Shown one piece after another: positions 40,657-51,024 of a stretch of DNA of 64,000 bases. A model generated the notes under the pieces. That model had not been told where the DNA came from. It did no database searches and worked only from the letters and a program-made list of their open reading frames with translations. Position 1 is the first letter of the stretch. Each line of letters starts with the position of its first letter. The DNA is taken from assembly GCA_018715885.1 (NCBI GenBank), contig DVKT01000032.1, positions 14,307 through 78,306 of the forward strand. Direction: 5' to 3'. Position numbers and translations under genes: made by a program. This stretch comes from Candidatus Caccoplasma intestinavium (GTDB lineage: Bacteria; Bacteroidota; Bacteroidia; Bacteroidales; UBA11471).

Positions 40657-42192
40657 TTAGAACGCGATGATCGTTTGACGGTAATTGCCGACTTTGACAA
40701 TGTATGCTGCGCCCTGGTTGAGCGATACGCTTGTTGTTCCGTTGCAAATGAATTGAACCACTTTCTGTCCGGCAAGCGTATAGACTTCGGCTTGTGCGCC
40801 TTCCGCACCGTTGACGGTTATCAAGCCGTTGGCGTAACTTACCGTGATGTTTTCGGCATTTACGACATCGATAGCGCTGGTGTTATTGAAGGTTACGGTA
40901 TAGACATGTTGATTCTCGGGATTTACCTCGAAGTCGTTTCCTTTGACTGTAATGGTCGCAACAGACTCGTTTACTGCAACATCGACCGATGCGCCCTTAC
41001 CATCGGAATAAGCCGTTATTTGGTCGATCGACGGGGTTTGTCCCGTTACAGTATAGGAGTAAGTTTCCTTATCGAATCCTTCCAGTGCCGTTCCTGCGAT
41101 GACGATGGAGTCGAGCTTGGAGTTGTAGATGATCTCGATGTCGTCAACGGTAAGCGTGTCGTTGGCCGAACCGCCGGCTTTGGGATTGGTCGTGAGCGAA
41201 GCCAGCATATATTGTTCTCCCTCGGGAACGGTCGTTCCGGTGTAGGAGAACGGCGCACTGAAACGGGTCCATTCGCCGCATTCTGGAATCAGGATTGTGG
41301 CGTCTCCTACCATGTGGGCACTGTCGGCGGACAGTTCCGGATCTTGGTACTCGAATTTGTCGTGCAGGATAAAGCGTCCTCGACCGTTTTCACTTCCTCC
41401 CGAAATGAATTTGGCATAGAGGCATACCGAGTCGGGAGTCCCTTTGAAGAGAAAGTAGTGTCCTTCATTGTCAAGGTCGGTAAAATTATAGTTTTTTGTG
41501 GAGTCTTCGGGAGTCATGCTACCCATATTGATGGCTCCTGTGGTCAGATTTCCATTGGCTTTTTTACCAAAAATATTTTTAGAATTTAATTCTACGGCCG
41601 ATCCACTGTTACGACCTTCTACTTTTTGGGGAGCCGGAGACATTGAGGAGGCCCAACTCATATCACCGACTGCTGATGCAAAAGAGTTCCAGCCGTTTCC
41701 GGGTTCTTTGTCCGAAGCCCATGCCTCGAAATCGGAGTTGGGAATTTGATAACCGTTATTGATGACAGGTTTTTCTACCTCTTCCATCGTTTCTTCATAA
41801 TAGACCCAAATCTGTATGTCGCCTACCATGAAGAGTACGCCATTGGAAGAGATAGGGGCGGTATAATCTCCAGTAAGAAAGTTTCCTAAATACTGAACTT
41901 GCAGGTCCGACGGAGAGAAAGAAAAACTGTCTGATGTAACAGAGGCATCCAATGCTTCTTTTGTCGTTCCCTCTTTTACATAAAAAGTTATCGACCAAAT
42001 ACCATTGCCGTGTGTACCGTATTCCAATGCGGCCGTACCCGTAAGTATGTCGTTTTTATCGGTGATGGTAAAACCTGTTATTTGAGGATCTTCGGTGTAG
42101 TCGGCTTTGTCGACTATAACACTGACGTTTTCAGCACATACAGATGCCAGCATACCGAATGCTGCGAATAAAGAGAGTAAAGTTTTTTTCAT
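40657..42192 (-). CDS. Secreted PCMD-like domain protein with T9SS-type CTD
   Basis: Signal peptide, QIPNSDFEAW...GWNSF...GNLTTG...PDSV...LTVDDIEIIY domain, a beta-sandwich, and CTD VYTLAGQ...YIVKVG. Confidence 0.7.
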   Translation of the reverse strand: MKKTLLSLFAAFGMLASVCAENVSVIVDKADYTEDPQITGFTITDKNDILTGTAALEYGTHGNGIWSITFYVKEGTTKEALDASVTSDSFSFSPSDLQVQYLGNFLTGDYTAPISSNGVLFMVGDIQIWVYYEETMEEVEKPVINNGYQIPNSDFEAWASDKEPGNGWNSFASAVGDMSWASSMSPAPQKVEGRNSGSAVELNSKNIFGKKANGNLTTGAINMGSMTPEDSTKNYNFTDLDNEGHYFLFKGTPDSVCLYAKFISGGSENGRGRFILHDKFEYQDPELSADSAHMVGDATILIPECGEWTRFSAPFSYTGTTVPEGEQYMLASLTTNPKAGGSANDTLTVDDIEIIYNSKLDSIVIAGTALEGFDKETYSYTVTGQTPSIDQITAYSDGKGASVDVAVNESVATITVKGNDFEVNPENQHVYTVTFNNTSAIDVVNAENITVSYANGLITVNGAEGAQAEVYTLAGQKVVQFICNGTTSVSLNQGAAYIVKVGNYRQTIIAF

Positions 42193-42266
42193 AATTTAAT
42201 TTGTTTTTGAATCTGGCCGCAAAGATATATACTATTTTGAGAATAAAAAAACTTTGAGAGATGTTT

Positions 42267-43568
42267 TTAGTTTTTTTTGTTCGCTTCTAAAAAAGCGAGC
42301 AAGTCAGCTACCACAAAACTGCTGCCGCCGATAAAGACAAAATCGTCGTCGCAGCTGTCGTGTAATGCGGCACGGTAGGCTTCGGGAACGCTATCGTAGA
42401 CATCGCCTTTCAATCCGGCTTCGGCAGCTTTGTCGCGCATCACACTGGCCGGCATGGCCCGGGGAATGGAGGCTTGCGTGAAGTAGTAGACGGCCTCCCG
42501 GGGGAGCATGGAGAGTACGCCCGAAATGTCTTTGTCGTTTACCATACCGAAGACGATGCGCAACGTGCGACACTTGATGCCTGCGAGCTGCTGCGAGATA
42601 TATCGGAATCCGCCCGTATTGTGGCCTGTGTCGCAATAGGCGGGTGGCAGGGAGCCGACTTTTTGCCAGCGGCCTTGCAGACCGGTGAGGGTGGTAACAT
42701 GTGCGAATCCCTCTTTTACGGCTTCTGGCGTTATGGCAAATCCCTGTTGTCGCAGTATGCGCAAGGCGCAGAGTATGGTTGCCGCATTTTTTTCTTGGCA
42801 CAGGCCGCCCAGTTCATAGGTGAGGTATCCGTAGTCCCTGCTATCGATAGCCCATTGTCCGTTTTCGTCTGGTCGACAAGAAGTCAATACGTCGCTTTCC
42901 TGAGCGAAATATATGGGGGCCGACTCTTCGCGGGCTTTCTCTTCGAAAACACGTCGTACATCACCTTCGGCCTCCCCGATGACGACGGGAATACCGCTTT
43001 TTATGATACCGGCCTTTTCGTGGGCGATAGAGGTGAGCGTGTGTCCAAGTTGGGCCATGTGGTCGTAACTTATGTTGGTAATGACGCATGCCCGGGGAGT
43101 AATGATATTGGTGCTGTCGAGACGGCCACCCAAACCCGTTTCGATGACGGCTACATCGACGTGGCGGGAAGCGAAGTAGTCGAAAGCCATCATCATGGTA
43201 AGCTCGAAAAACGACGGGTGGATTTCTCGACTCGGTTCGAGGTACTTGTCGACAAATTCGAGTACGGCTTCCCGGGTAATCATTTCGCCGTTGACCCGTA
43301 TGCGTTCGCGGAAGTCTATGAGATGGGGTGAAGTGTAGAGACCCACTTTGTAACCGCTCTTTTGCAGGACGGCAGCCAGAACATGACTGGTCGAGCCTTT
43401 TCCGTTGGTCCCGGCGATATGTATGGTGGCATAGCGGCGGTGGGGGTAACCTACCAGCCGGTCGAGTGCGAGACTGTTGCCCAATCCTGGTTTATAAGCC
43501 GATTGTCCTACTTGCTGGAAAACGGGAAGTTGCCGGTAGAGATATTGCAGCGTTTCTTCGTAATTCAT
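42267..43568 (-). CDS. folC: Folylpolyglutamate synthase/dihydrofolate synthase
   Basis: HIAGTNGKGS, YTSPHL, ETGLGGRLDSTN and DTGHN motifs. Confidence 0.96.
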   Translation of the reverse strand: MNYEETLQYLYRQLPVFQQVGQSAYKPGLGNSLALDRLVGYPHRRYATIHIAGTNGKGSTSHVLAAVLQKSGYKVGLYTSPHLIDFRERIRVNGEMITREAVLEFVDKYLEPSREIHPSFFELTMMMAFDYFASRHVDVAVIETGLGGRLDSTNIITPRACVITNISYDHMAQLGHTLTSIAHEKAGIIKSGIPVVIGEAEGDVRRVFEEKAREESAPIYFAQESDVLTSCRPDENGQWAIDSRDYGYLTYELGGLCQEKNAATILCALRILRQQGFAITPEAVKEGFAHVTTLTGLQGRWQKVGSLPPAYCDTGHNTGGFRYISQQLAGIKCRTLRIVFGMVNDKDISGVLSMLPREAVYYFTQASIPRAMPASVMRDKAAEAGLKGDVYDSVPEAYRAALHDSCDDDFVFIGGSSFVVADLLAFLEANKKN

Positions 43569-43571
43569 GAT

Positions 43572-44120
43572 TCAATAGATTAGGAATCCGGCGATGCCGG
43601 CCAATATAATTAGAAGTATGGCGTTGACTCTGAAAAAAAAGTTGGCGGTAAGAACGGCGGCGAAGATACCGAGGCTGAAAAGGAATTGGCGGAAGTCTTC
43701 TCCGGGAGAACCGAAATTCTCTGTATTCATCAGCACGAGAGCTGCCGATGCAATGAGCCCGATAACAGCCGGACGTAATCCGGCAAACGTGTCGGTTACC
43801 GGCCGACTGTCGTGGTAACGCATGAAAAACTTGTACAGAATGAGCATGACGATAAACGAAGGGAGTACCAGCGCAAATGTCGCCAATGCTGCTCCCCATA
43901 TACTGCCGGTGGCGGTATAGCCGATGTATGTGGCCGAGTTGATGCCGATAGGGCCGGGGGTCATCTGGCTGATGGCTATAATGTCGGTAAACTCTTGCGG
44001 GGTAAGCCAAGCATGTCGGGTTACGACCTCGCCCTGTATCATGGAGAGCATGGCGTACCCCCCGCCGAATCCGAAAAGTCCGATTTTGAAAAACGAGTAG
44101 AATAGTTGCCACCACATCAT
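43572..44120 (-). CDS. Short-chain chromate transporter (CHR) subunit
   Basis: FFKIGLFGFGGGY and SQMTPGP motifs; start taken at MMWWQL. Confidence 0.9.
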   Translation of the reverse strand: MMWWQLFYSFFKIGLFGFGGGYAMLSMIQGEVVTRHAWLTPQEFTDIIAISQMTPGPIGINSATYIGYTATGSIWGAALATFALVLPSFIVMLILYKFFMRYHDSRPVTDTFAGLRPAVIGLIASAALVLMNTENFGSPGEDFRQFLFSLGIFAAVLTANFFFRVNAILLIILAGIAGFLIY

Positions 44121-44662
44121 TGTGCACCTCTCTTTCTCTTGATGTTCCCGTAGAGATACCCTCCCGCACCGGCTATCAATACGACCCATATTGGGGAGAA
44201 GCCGAACAGCCAGATGAGCAGGGCCGCAGCAATGGGAATCCACAGATTATAACGGGTTATACGGGCCGACTTGCCCAATTTGAATACCGGAGCAGCGATG
44301 AGTGCGACTACGGCCGGACGTATGCCTTTGAAAATACGCTCTACTACCTCATTGTCCTGAAATTGCTTGAAAAACATGGCAATGAGCAATATGATAATAA
44401 ACGAGGGTAGGACAGTCCCGAGGGTAGCGGTTACCGCTCCGGTAAATTTGCGGATACGGTAGCCGGTAACGATCGATATGTTTACGGCCAAGATACCCGG
44501 TGCCGATTGGGACAGAGCGAGAATATCGACAAATTCCGAACTGTCGATCCATTTCTTTTTTCGCACCAGCTCCTCTTCTATGATGGGGACCATGGCATAT
44601 CCTCCGCCTATGGTAAATGAGCCGATTTTGAAAAAAGTCCAAAAGAGTTGTAGGAATATCAT
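44117..44662 (-). CDS. Short-chain chromate transporter (CHR) subunit
   Basis: FFKIGSFTIGGGY and SQSAPG motifs; start taken at MIFLQL; overlaps its partner gene. Confidence 0.9.
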   Translation of the reverse strand: MIFLQLFWTFFKIGSFTIGGGYAMVPIIEEELVRKKKWIDSSEFVDILALSQSAPGILAVNISIVTGYRIRKFTGAVTATLGTVLPSFIIILLIAMFFKQFQDNEVVERIFKGIRPAVVALIAAPVFKLGKSARITRYNLWIPIAAALLIWLFGFSPIWVVLIAGAGGYLYGNIKRKRGAQ

Positions 44663-44844
44663 TTTTTGACAACGTTTTTCCCGGATCGGGACCCGGAACA
44701 ACCCCTAAAACTGCCTTGTACCTGCGCAAAGCAGGAAAAGAGACGGCAAAGGTAGAAAAAATGAGAGCAGAAGCCAAATTTATTTAGATTATGCCGAGAG
44801 TTACTACTTTCATATAACAAAGGTAGACAAAAAATCAGAAACTA

Positions 44845-44875
44845 TTTGGTAATATCGAAAAATCAGTTACCTTTG
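44845..44875 (+). promoter_or_regulatory. Bacteroidetes sigma-A promoter of tRNA-Ser
   Basis: TTTG, 19-nt spacer, TACCTTTG. Confidence 0.8.
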
Positions 44876-44914
44876 CAACGCTTTTCGGGAGGATATGTTT
44901 TTCCTGTAAAGTAA

Positions 44915-45000
<86 letters not shown>

Positions 45001-45044
45001 TAATAGTCTTGAAGATCAGGACTGTACAAATGATACACAAATAT

Positions 45045-45095
45045 GCACCCGGAAAGGAACCCATTTTTAAGGTCTTTTCGGGTGTTTTCTTTTCA
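45045..45095 (+). terminator. Probable tRNA terminator
   Basis: gcacccggaaagga ... tcttttcgggtgt followed by a T-rich tail. Confidence 0.55.
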
Positions 45096-45284
45096 TCCTT
45101 TTGAAGACTCATGTATTCGATTATAAATTCTATTGAGAAAGAGAATTTAAGAAAGGTAAAGATCGATAGCTTAGTATTACGTGTGTGGTATAGATTGGGT
45201 GATAACGGTTTTTATGAGCGCAAATAGGTCTTATTTTGCACTTTGGCATTGATAGTTTATACAAATGTATAACATAAATATATA

Positions 45285-45779
45285 ATGGAACATCAATTTA
45301 TTCTTTCCGGCGCATCGACAAAGGAGGAGCGTTATCGCGAGTTTTTGCCCCAGTTCGAGTCATTGGTAAGCGATGTCGATGATGAAATCGCCGTATTGGC
45401 AAATGCTGCGGCTGCTTTGCGTGAGGTATTCGGCTTTTTCTGGATTGGTTTTTATCGGGTGAAAGGCGATTGCCTTATCCTCGGCCCTTTTCAAGGCAGT
45501 GTGGCTTGTTTCCGGATAAAAAAGGGTAAAGGCGTATGTGGTGCGGCTTGGGAACAAGGGCATACTATTATCGTTCCCGATGTAGATAAGTTCCCGGGAC
45601 ATATTGCGTGCAGCTCGCTTTCGCGTTCCGAAATAGTTGTTCCTGTTTTTTCGTCCGGAAAAGAACCGGTGGTGAAATGCGTCCTCGATATCGACAGCGA
45701 GCAATATGCCACTTTCGACGACGTCGATAAATGTTACCTCGAAAAAATAGCTGACATTCTTTCTCAATCGCTTTATTGA
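45285..45779 (+). CDS. msrC: GAF-domain free methionine-R-sulfoxide reductase (fRMsr/MsrC-like)
   Basis: WIGFY, LGPFQG, GKGVCG, FPGHIAC, SEIVVP and VLDIDS motifs. Confidence 0.85.
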   Translation: MEHQFILSGASTKEERYREFLPQFESLVSDVDDEIAVLANAAAALREVFGFFWIGFYRVKGDCLILGPFQGSVACFRIKKGKGVCGAAWEQGHTIIVPDVDKFPGHIACSSLSRSEIVVPVFSSGKEPVVKCVLDIDSEQYATFDDVDKCYLEKIADILSQSLY

Positions 45780-46238
45780 TATAATCTGTCTGCATTTCTC
45801 ACATTCGTGAGAGAATCTTTATTTGGGCATCGTATCACATTCCGAACGTGGGAGGTTGTGCGGTTGTCGGAACGTTTTGTTTCGGCAGGAAGATTGTACG
45901 TGTCTGACCGAAAAGGAGTGCTTTTTGCCCATTTTGTCCTCCTCAGAGAGGAAATAGTAGAAAAAGTGCACATATATAACTTATTATTGACCCTCGGTAA
46001 AATTTTTCTGCTCTATTTTTGTAATAGGAATTAAACTTTTTATATGATTCCCGGTCATATAGACGAATATGGAAATTTTATATTCTTTTTTATTTTTCGA
46101 GAATACTTCCTGTTTTGTGGGGAGGGGTGTGAGGAATAGGTATGCTGTCCGGTTTTTGTTTTGCGGACAGGTAGATTCCATTCGTTTTTTCAGATGTAAT
46201 TATCGATTTTAAGGTCAATATAAAAAAACAAGAACAGT

Positions 46239-47813
46239 ATGTATGGTATTTTAAAAAAGAGTCTGTTTATTTCTATGGCGGGAACTTTGCTTGCGGCTAC
46301 TTCTTGCCAGATGACGCCGAAAATGTCGGAAAAAGAGTGCGTGACGAAAAATGTATACGAGAATGTACCTTTTGAGATGCCCGAGGTTTTGAAACCGGTT
46401 TTTCCCGATTATCAAGTCAATATTCGTGATTTCGGTGCGAAAAGCGGAGGAAAAGAACTTTGTACCGAGGCTATCAACGAAGCTATTCGTACGGTACATG
46501 AAAGAGGTGGCGGAACCGTCGTTATTCCTGCCGGATTGTGGCTGACAGGACCTATCGTTTTGTTGAGCAATGTCAATTTACATACGGAGAAAAATGCACT
46601 TGTAACATTCAGCGACGATTATAGTTTGTATCCGATTATCGATACTTCCTTCGAAGGCTCCGACGGAAAACGTTGTCAATCGCCCATATCGGCATTGAAT
46701 GCCGAAAACATTGCTGTTACGGGGCAAGGTGTGTTTGACGGAGCAGGAGATAAGTGGCGTCCCGTCAAGAAAATGAAGATGACCGATCGTCAATGGAATG
46801 CATTGGTAAAATCGGGTGGAGAGGTCGATAAAGACGGTAAAATATGGTATCCCGATGCCGGTGCGTTGAAGGCTTCGGTGCTGATGTCGAAAAAAGGAGT
46901 TTCGAAAGAGTCGATAAGCACTGACGAATGGGAAGAAATGAAGGCGTGGTTACGTCCTGTCATGGTGAGCATCAGAAAGAGCAAAAAGGTTCTGTTGGAG
47001 GGGGTAACGTTCAAAAACTCTCCGGCATGGTGTATTCACCCGCTTTCTTGTGAGTCGTTGACTGTGAACGACGTGAAGGTTTTCAATCCGTGGTATTCGC
47101 AAAACGGCGATGCCCTCGATGTGGAATCTTGCAAGAACGTATTGATTACGAATTGTCTCTTCGATGCCGGCGACGATGCTATCTGCTTGAAATCGGGTCG
47201 TGATGAGGAAGGTCGTCGGCGCGGAGAGCCCAGCGAAAATGTCATTGTCAAAGATAATGTCGTGTTGCATGGGCATGGCGGGTTTGTCATCGGCAGCGAG
47301 ATGTCGGGTGGCGTAAAAAACGTCTATGTGTCGGGCTGTTCGTTTGTCGGTACCGATACGGGCTTGCGCTTTAAGAGTGCTCGTGGACGGGGTGGTGTCG
47401 TAGAGAATATCTATATCGACAACATCAATATGATTAACATATCGGGCGATGCGTTGACCTTTGACTTGTATTATATGGGAGGCGGAGCCAAGAATGCCGA
47501 GATTCCTCCTGTCGATGAAGGAACGCCGTTGTTTAAGGATATACATATCTCTGATGTATATTGCAAGGGAGCCGGGCGTGCCGCCGGATTTAACGGGTTG
47601 CCCGAAATGCCTGTCCGGAATATTACCGTGAAAAATATGGTTGTAACCGATGCCCGGAAAGGCGTGGCTATAAGCCGTGTCGACGGAATCGAAATAGAAG
47701 GTCTCGATGTAGAAACAGAAGGTGTTGCTCTCCAAATAGAAAATGCGACCGATGTTGTCGTTAATGGAAAGAAATATGCCGAAGTAACCGACAGGGAGTC
47801 TGTTTCTCTCTGA
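46239..47813 (+). CDS. Glycoside hydrolase family 28 (polygalacturonase-like), lipoprotein
   Basis: QNGDALD, GDDAICLKSG, HGG..IGSE and GLRFKS motifs; lipobox ATSC. Confidence 0.92.
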   Translation: MYGILKKSLFISMAGTLLAATSCQMTPKMSEKECVTKNVYENVPFEMPEVLKPVFPDYQVNIRDFGAKSGGKELCTEAINEAIRTVHERGGGTVVIPAGLWLTGPIVLLSNVNLHTEKNALVTFSDDYSLYPIIDTSFEGSDGKRCQSPISALNAENIAVTGQGVFDGAGDKWRPVKKMKMTDRQWNALVKSGGEVDKDGKIWYPDAGALKASVLMSKKGVSKESISTDEWEEMKAWLRPVMVSIRKSKKVLLEGVTFKNSPAWCIHPLSCESLTVNDVKVFNPWYSQNGDALDVESCKNVLITNCLFDAGDDAICLKSGRDEEGRRRGEPSENVIVKDNVVLHGHGGFVIGSEMSGGVKNVYVSGCSFVGTDTGLRFKSARGRGGVVENIYIDNINMINISGDALTFDLYYMGGGAKNAEIPPVDEGTPLFKDIHISDVYCKGAGRAAGFNGLPEMPVRNITVKNMVVTDARKGVAISRVDGIEIEGLDVETEGVALQIENATDVVVNGKKYAEVTDRESVSL

Positions 47814-47837
47814 CAGGGAAATCATAGAGGAGAAGGT

Positions 47838-47882
47838 ATATGGGCAGATAGGCGAGTGGAAAAATCGCCTATCTGCCCATAT
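47838..47882. terminator. 18-bp inverted repeat terminator
   Basis: atatgggcagataggcga ... tcgcctatctgcccatat. Confidence 0.8.
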
Positions 47883-48002
47883 TGTTGTTTACGATAAAAG
47901 GCCGATTGGCCAAAAGGTCGGCTTGTCGTTATTCTTCCGAATATTGTCTTTGATATTTTCTTTTAAAAATTAATAGATATGTTTTTGTGATTTTTTTTGA
48001 GC

Positions 48003-48536
48003 CTATTCCGTAAATTCCGAGGCGTATTGCACAACGCCGTGTACTCCGTTTAAACTGTTTGGAGCCAGCTCTTTGACCATACAAAATTCGGGCGGGACGT
48101 CAAAAGGAAAACGTATATCGTAATCGATCGCTTTTTTGTAACCGAATCTCGGATAATAGTCTTTATGCCCGAGTAAGACAACCGAATGATAGCCTGCTGC
48201 TACGGCGCGATTGTGGGCCTCTTTTATCAAGGCGCTTCCTATTCCCCGGTTTTGGTATTCCGGCAAAACGGCGACCGGAGCTAATCCCAGTGATAGTACC
48301 TTTTTCTCGGCCGATGCGATTTCGACTTTTGTCAGAAGGATATACCCTACAATTGTTCCGTTCTGCGTTTCGGCAACCAAAGAGAGTTCGGGAATGAATG
48401 CGTCCGATCGGCGCAGACGTTCCACCAGAAGATGCTCTTTATGATCGCTCTCTTGCATATTTGCAAAAGCCGCTTTTATGAGATTGTGCACAGTGGTATA
48501 GTCCCGTTTCTCTTCTTGCCTGATTGTGATGCCCAT
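48003..48536 (-). CDS. GNAT N-acetyltransferase (YhbS-like)
   Basis: LAPVAVLPEYQNRGIG and LLGH..YYPRFGY motifs. Confidence 0.9.
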   Translation of the reverse strand: MGITIRQEEKRDYTTVHNLIKAAFANMQESDHKEHLLVERLRRSDAFIPELSLVAETQNGTIVGYILLTKVEIASAEKKVLSLGLAPVAVLPEYQNRGIGSALIKEAHNRAVAAGYHSVVLLGHKDYYPRFGYKKAIDYDIRFPFDVPPEFCMVKELAPNSLNGVHGVVQYASEFTE

Positions 48537-48555
48537 TTTATAAAAATACCCCCGG

Positions 48556-49458
48556 TTATGCGAGATGTTTTTCCATAAGAAAATTGCTCATATATAATTT
48601 GTTGGCTTTTCGTCGTTGTGCCGATTTTACTTGAAAACCTTTACGCTCGAAAAACGGTCGGGCGGTGAGACTTACCTCCGATGTGAGGCTGTATATACCG
48701 TGCACACGGGCGTATCGTTCGATTTCGTTCAAGAGGAGTGTTGCAATATTTCGGCGTTGAAAATCTTTGTGTACGAACAAGGAGTGTAAATATCCGTCGT
48801 TGCGGAGCGATGCCATGCCTACGATGCGTTTGTCGCCATCGAGAGCCACGATGAAATACAGATTGGTGATAAGTTCTTCCAATCGCTCGGCAGTACTGCA
48901 CGAGGCCCAGTCTTCCACCTCCTCTTGGGTATAATCGCGACGATTTACGGCGAGTACGGTTTCTCTGAATAGTCTGTCTATTTCAGGAATATCATCGACG
49001 GTAGCCGTGCGGAAAGTGTATGGAGTATATTGCAGGTGGAGTATGGGAAACGGCATACCTTGTCCGTCGGTATCGTCGCGGCTGATAATGGTAAAACCCT
49101 TATTCCGATAGAATGTAGCGGCTTTGACATTCTGCTCATTGACATCGACGTATTTCACATGGAGTTTTTCGAGTGCGAAGGAGATCAACTCTGTACCGAT
49201 ACCGTGTCCGAAAAATTCAGGGGAGACAAAGAGCATCTCTATTTTGTTGTTTTCCACGCCCATAAAAGCCGATATTCGCTCTTCGACACAGGAAACAATG
49301 AGCGTTTCTATTTGGGTGAGACCTTCTTTGACAAAAGGGATAAGTCGGTGAATATCCGATTCGGAGAGAAAGTGATGACTGGCTTGTACCGATTTTTCCC
49401 ACAGCCGGGTCAATGTTTCGATAAGAACGGGAGTTCTTTCGGGAACGATGGTAATCAT
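48556..49458 (-). CDS. Tandem two-domain GNAT acetyltransferase
   Basis: Two acetyl-CoA motifs: LFVSPEFFGHGIG and LFVHKDFQRRNIA. Confidence 0.88.
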   Translation of the reverse strand: MITIVPERTPVLIETLTRLWEKSVQASHHFLSESDIHRLIPFVKEGLTQIETLIVSCVEERISAFMGVENNKIEMLFVSPEFFGHGIGTELISFALEKLHVKYVDVNEQNVKAATFYRNKGFTIISRDDTDGQGMPFPILHLQYTPYTFRTATVDDIPEIDRLFRETVLAVNRRDYTQEEVEDWASCSTAERLEELITNLYFIVALDGDKRIVGMASLRNDGYLHSLFVHKDFQRRNIATLLLNEIERYARVHGIYSLTSEVSLTARPFFERKGFQVKSAQRRKANKLYMSNFLMEKHLA

Positions 49459-49901
49459 AATATATCTTGTTTATAGTAAATCATATCTTCCAGTACGACT
49501 CCGTCATCGATGATCGGGTGGTCGTAGTGTCGGGTGAAAAAACTTTCGACCCGATGAGAAAACGTAAATCCGCAATGTTCGTAAAATGCCCGGTGTCGCG
49601 GTGTTTCTCCCGTACCGACAATGATTTGACGGAATCTTCCTTTGTAATAGGAGAGGAGGAATGAGAGCAAAGCCTTTCCATATCCCTGACGATGACATTC
49701 CGGCGCGACGGCCATGTTTTTCAGTTCGCAGCACCCGTTTCCCTCATCGGTTACGACGGCGACGGCTTTTGTCCCGCCATCGTCGAGAACGAACATTTCT
49801 CCTCGGTCGATGTATCGGTCTATCATCGATTCCTGTTCATCGGCCAATAAAAGTAAACTGAGGAATTGTTTCTTGTCCGACGTGATTTTGCGAATATTCA
49901 T
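49455..49901 (-). CDS. GNAT N-acetyltransferase
   Basis: LLLLADEQ, MAVAPECHRQGYG and FYEHCGF motifs; start taken at MNIRKI. Confidence 0.88.
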   Translation of the reverse strand: MNIRKITSDKKQFLSLLLLADEQESMIDRYIDRGEMFVLDDGGTKAVAVVTDEGNGCCELKNMAVAPECHRQGYGKALLSFLLSYYKGRFRQIIVGTGETPRHRAFYEHCGFTFSHRVESFFTRHYDHPIIDDGVVLEDMIYYKQDIL

Positions 49902-49921
49902 GGAATTATGCAGGATCGGAT

Positions 49922-50773
49922 TTATTCTTCGTAAATCATCTTTTTTGTCATGCCGCCGTCGATGGTGATGTTTTCTCCATTGATGAAGTCGTTTTCTTCC
50001 ATGCAGAGAAACAGGCACATGCGGGCAATGTCTTCGGGACGACCTACCCGTCCCGACGGGTGCTGTTCATGATCTTCGGGGCGTAATGTCTCGTAATTGT
50101 TGTTTTCGATCCAGCCCGGAGCAATGGAATTGACTGTAATGTGCAACGGCGCGAGCGACAAGGACAAGGCGTGGGTGAGGGAATAAATACCGCCTTTTGA
50201 TGCGGCATAACCTTCGCTGCCGGGTTCGCTCATAAGGTAGCGGGTAGAGGTAATATTGACGATACGTCCGTAATTATTGGGTCGGGATAGAGATTGTCGG
50301 TACATGGCCATTTCTCTGGCCGTGATGAATACCGGTCGTAGGTTGGTGGCGATGATACGGTCGAAGTCGTCGATCGATGTTTCTGAAATCGGAGAGAAAC
50401 GGCTGATGCCGACATTATTGATGAGGATATCGATGTCGCCCCATGTGGTGAATATATCGTGCATACAAGACTGCAAGGCTTTGCTGTCGCATACGTCGAC
50501 CGGATAGAACCGGGCTCCCGAGGTTTGAGCCGTAAGAGATCCGTTTTTCCGGTCATTATCGCAAAATGCGACCCGACAGCCGATCTTGCGGAATGCCTGT
50601 ACGATGGCTTTTCCTATTCCGCTTGCCCCGCCGGTAACGAATACTCGTCGGGTGGGAAAACGTACTTCGATATGTTCCGGTTTAGGACCGGTCGACACGA
50701 TCTTTTTTGTTTTTGCTGTCGATTTGCGTATCGAGTATTCTTCAAATTTTTTTTCCAGATAGTTATCTGCCAT
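49922..50773 (-). CDS. SDR family oxidoreductase
   Basis: TGGASGIG, LINNVG, YAASK and VNSIAPG motifs. Confidence 0.93.
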   Translation of the reverse strand: MADNYLEKKFEEYSIRKSTAKTKKIVSTGPKPEHIEVRFPTRRVFVTGGASGIGKAIVQAFRKIGCRVAFCDNDRKNGSLTAQTSGARFYPVDVCDSKALQSCMHDIFTTWGDIDILINNVGISRFSPISETSIDDFDRIIATNLRPVFITAREMAMYRQSLSRPNNYGRIVNITSTRYLMSEPGSEGYAASKGGIYSLTHALSLSLAPLHITVNSIAPGWIENNNYETLRPEDHEQHPSGRVGRPEDIARMCLFLCMEENDFINGENITIDGGMTKKMIYEE

Positions 50774-51024
50774 ACCTCTTTTTCTCGTTAAAGTTCCGGT
50801 ATCGTTTTCTTATTTTGTTGTATTTGCGCAAAAGTAGCGAAAAGTTCCTGTAAATTATTATTTCGTGCAGATAAAGAATAAAATGCCCTGTTTGCTGTGA
50901 AAATCATAATAATAGATTAATTTTACGGCCGGATAAGTGATGAAGATGAAAAATTTTCTGTCCGAATCATTTTTTCGAGAGAGTGTACATATACTGAAAT
51001 GGAAATTATTAAAAACAAGAACCG

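Noticed and set aside
45780-46238. Riboswitch or small RNA in long intergenic regions (also 34850-35080 and 26709-26890)
   Set aside because: No recognisable conserved motif or convincing structure.
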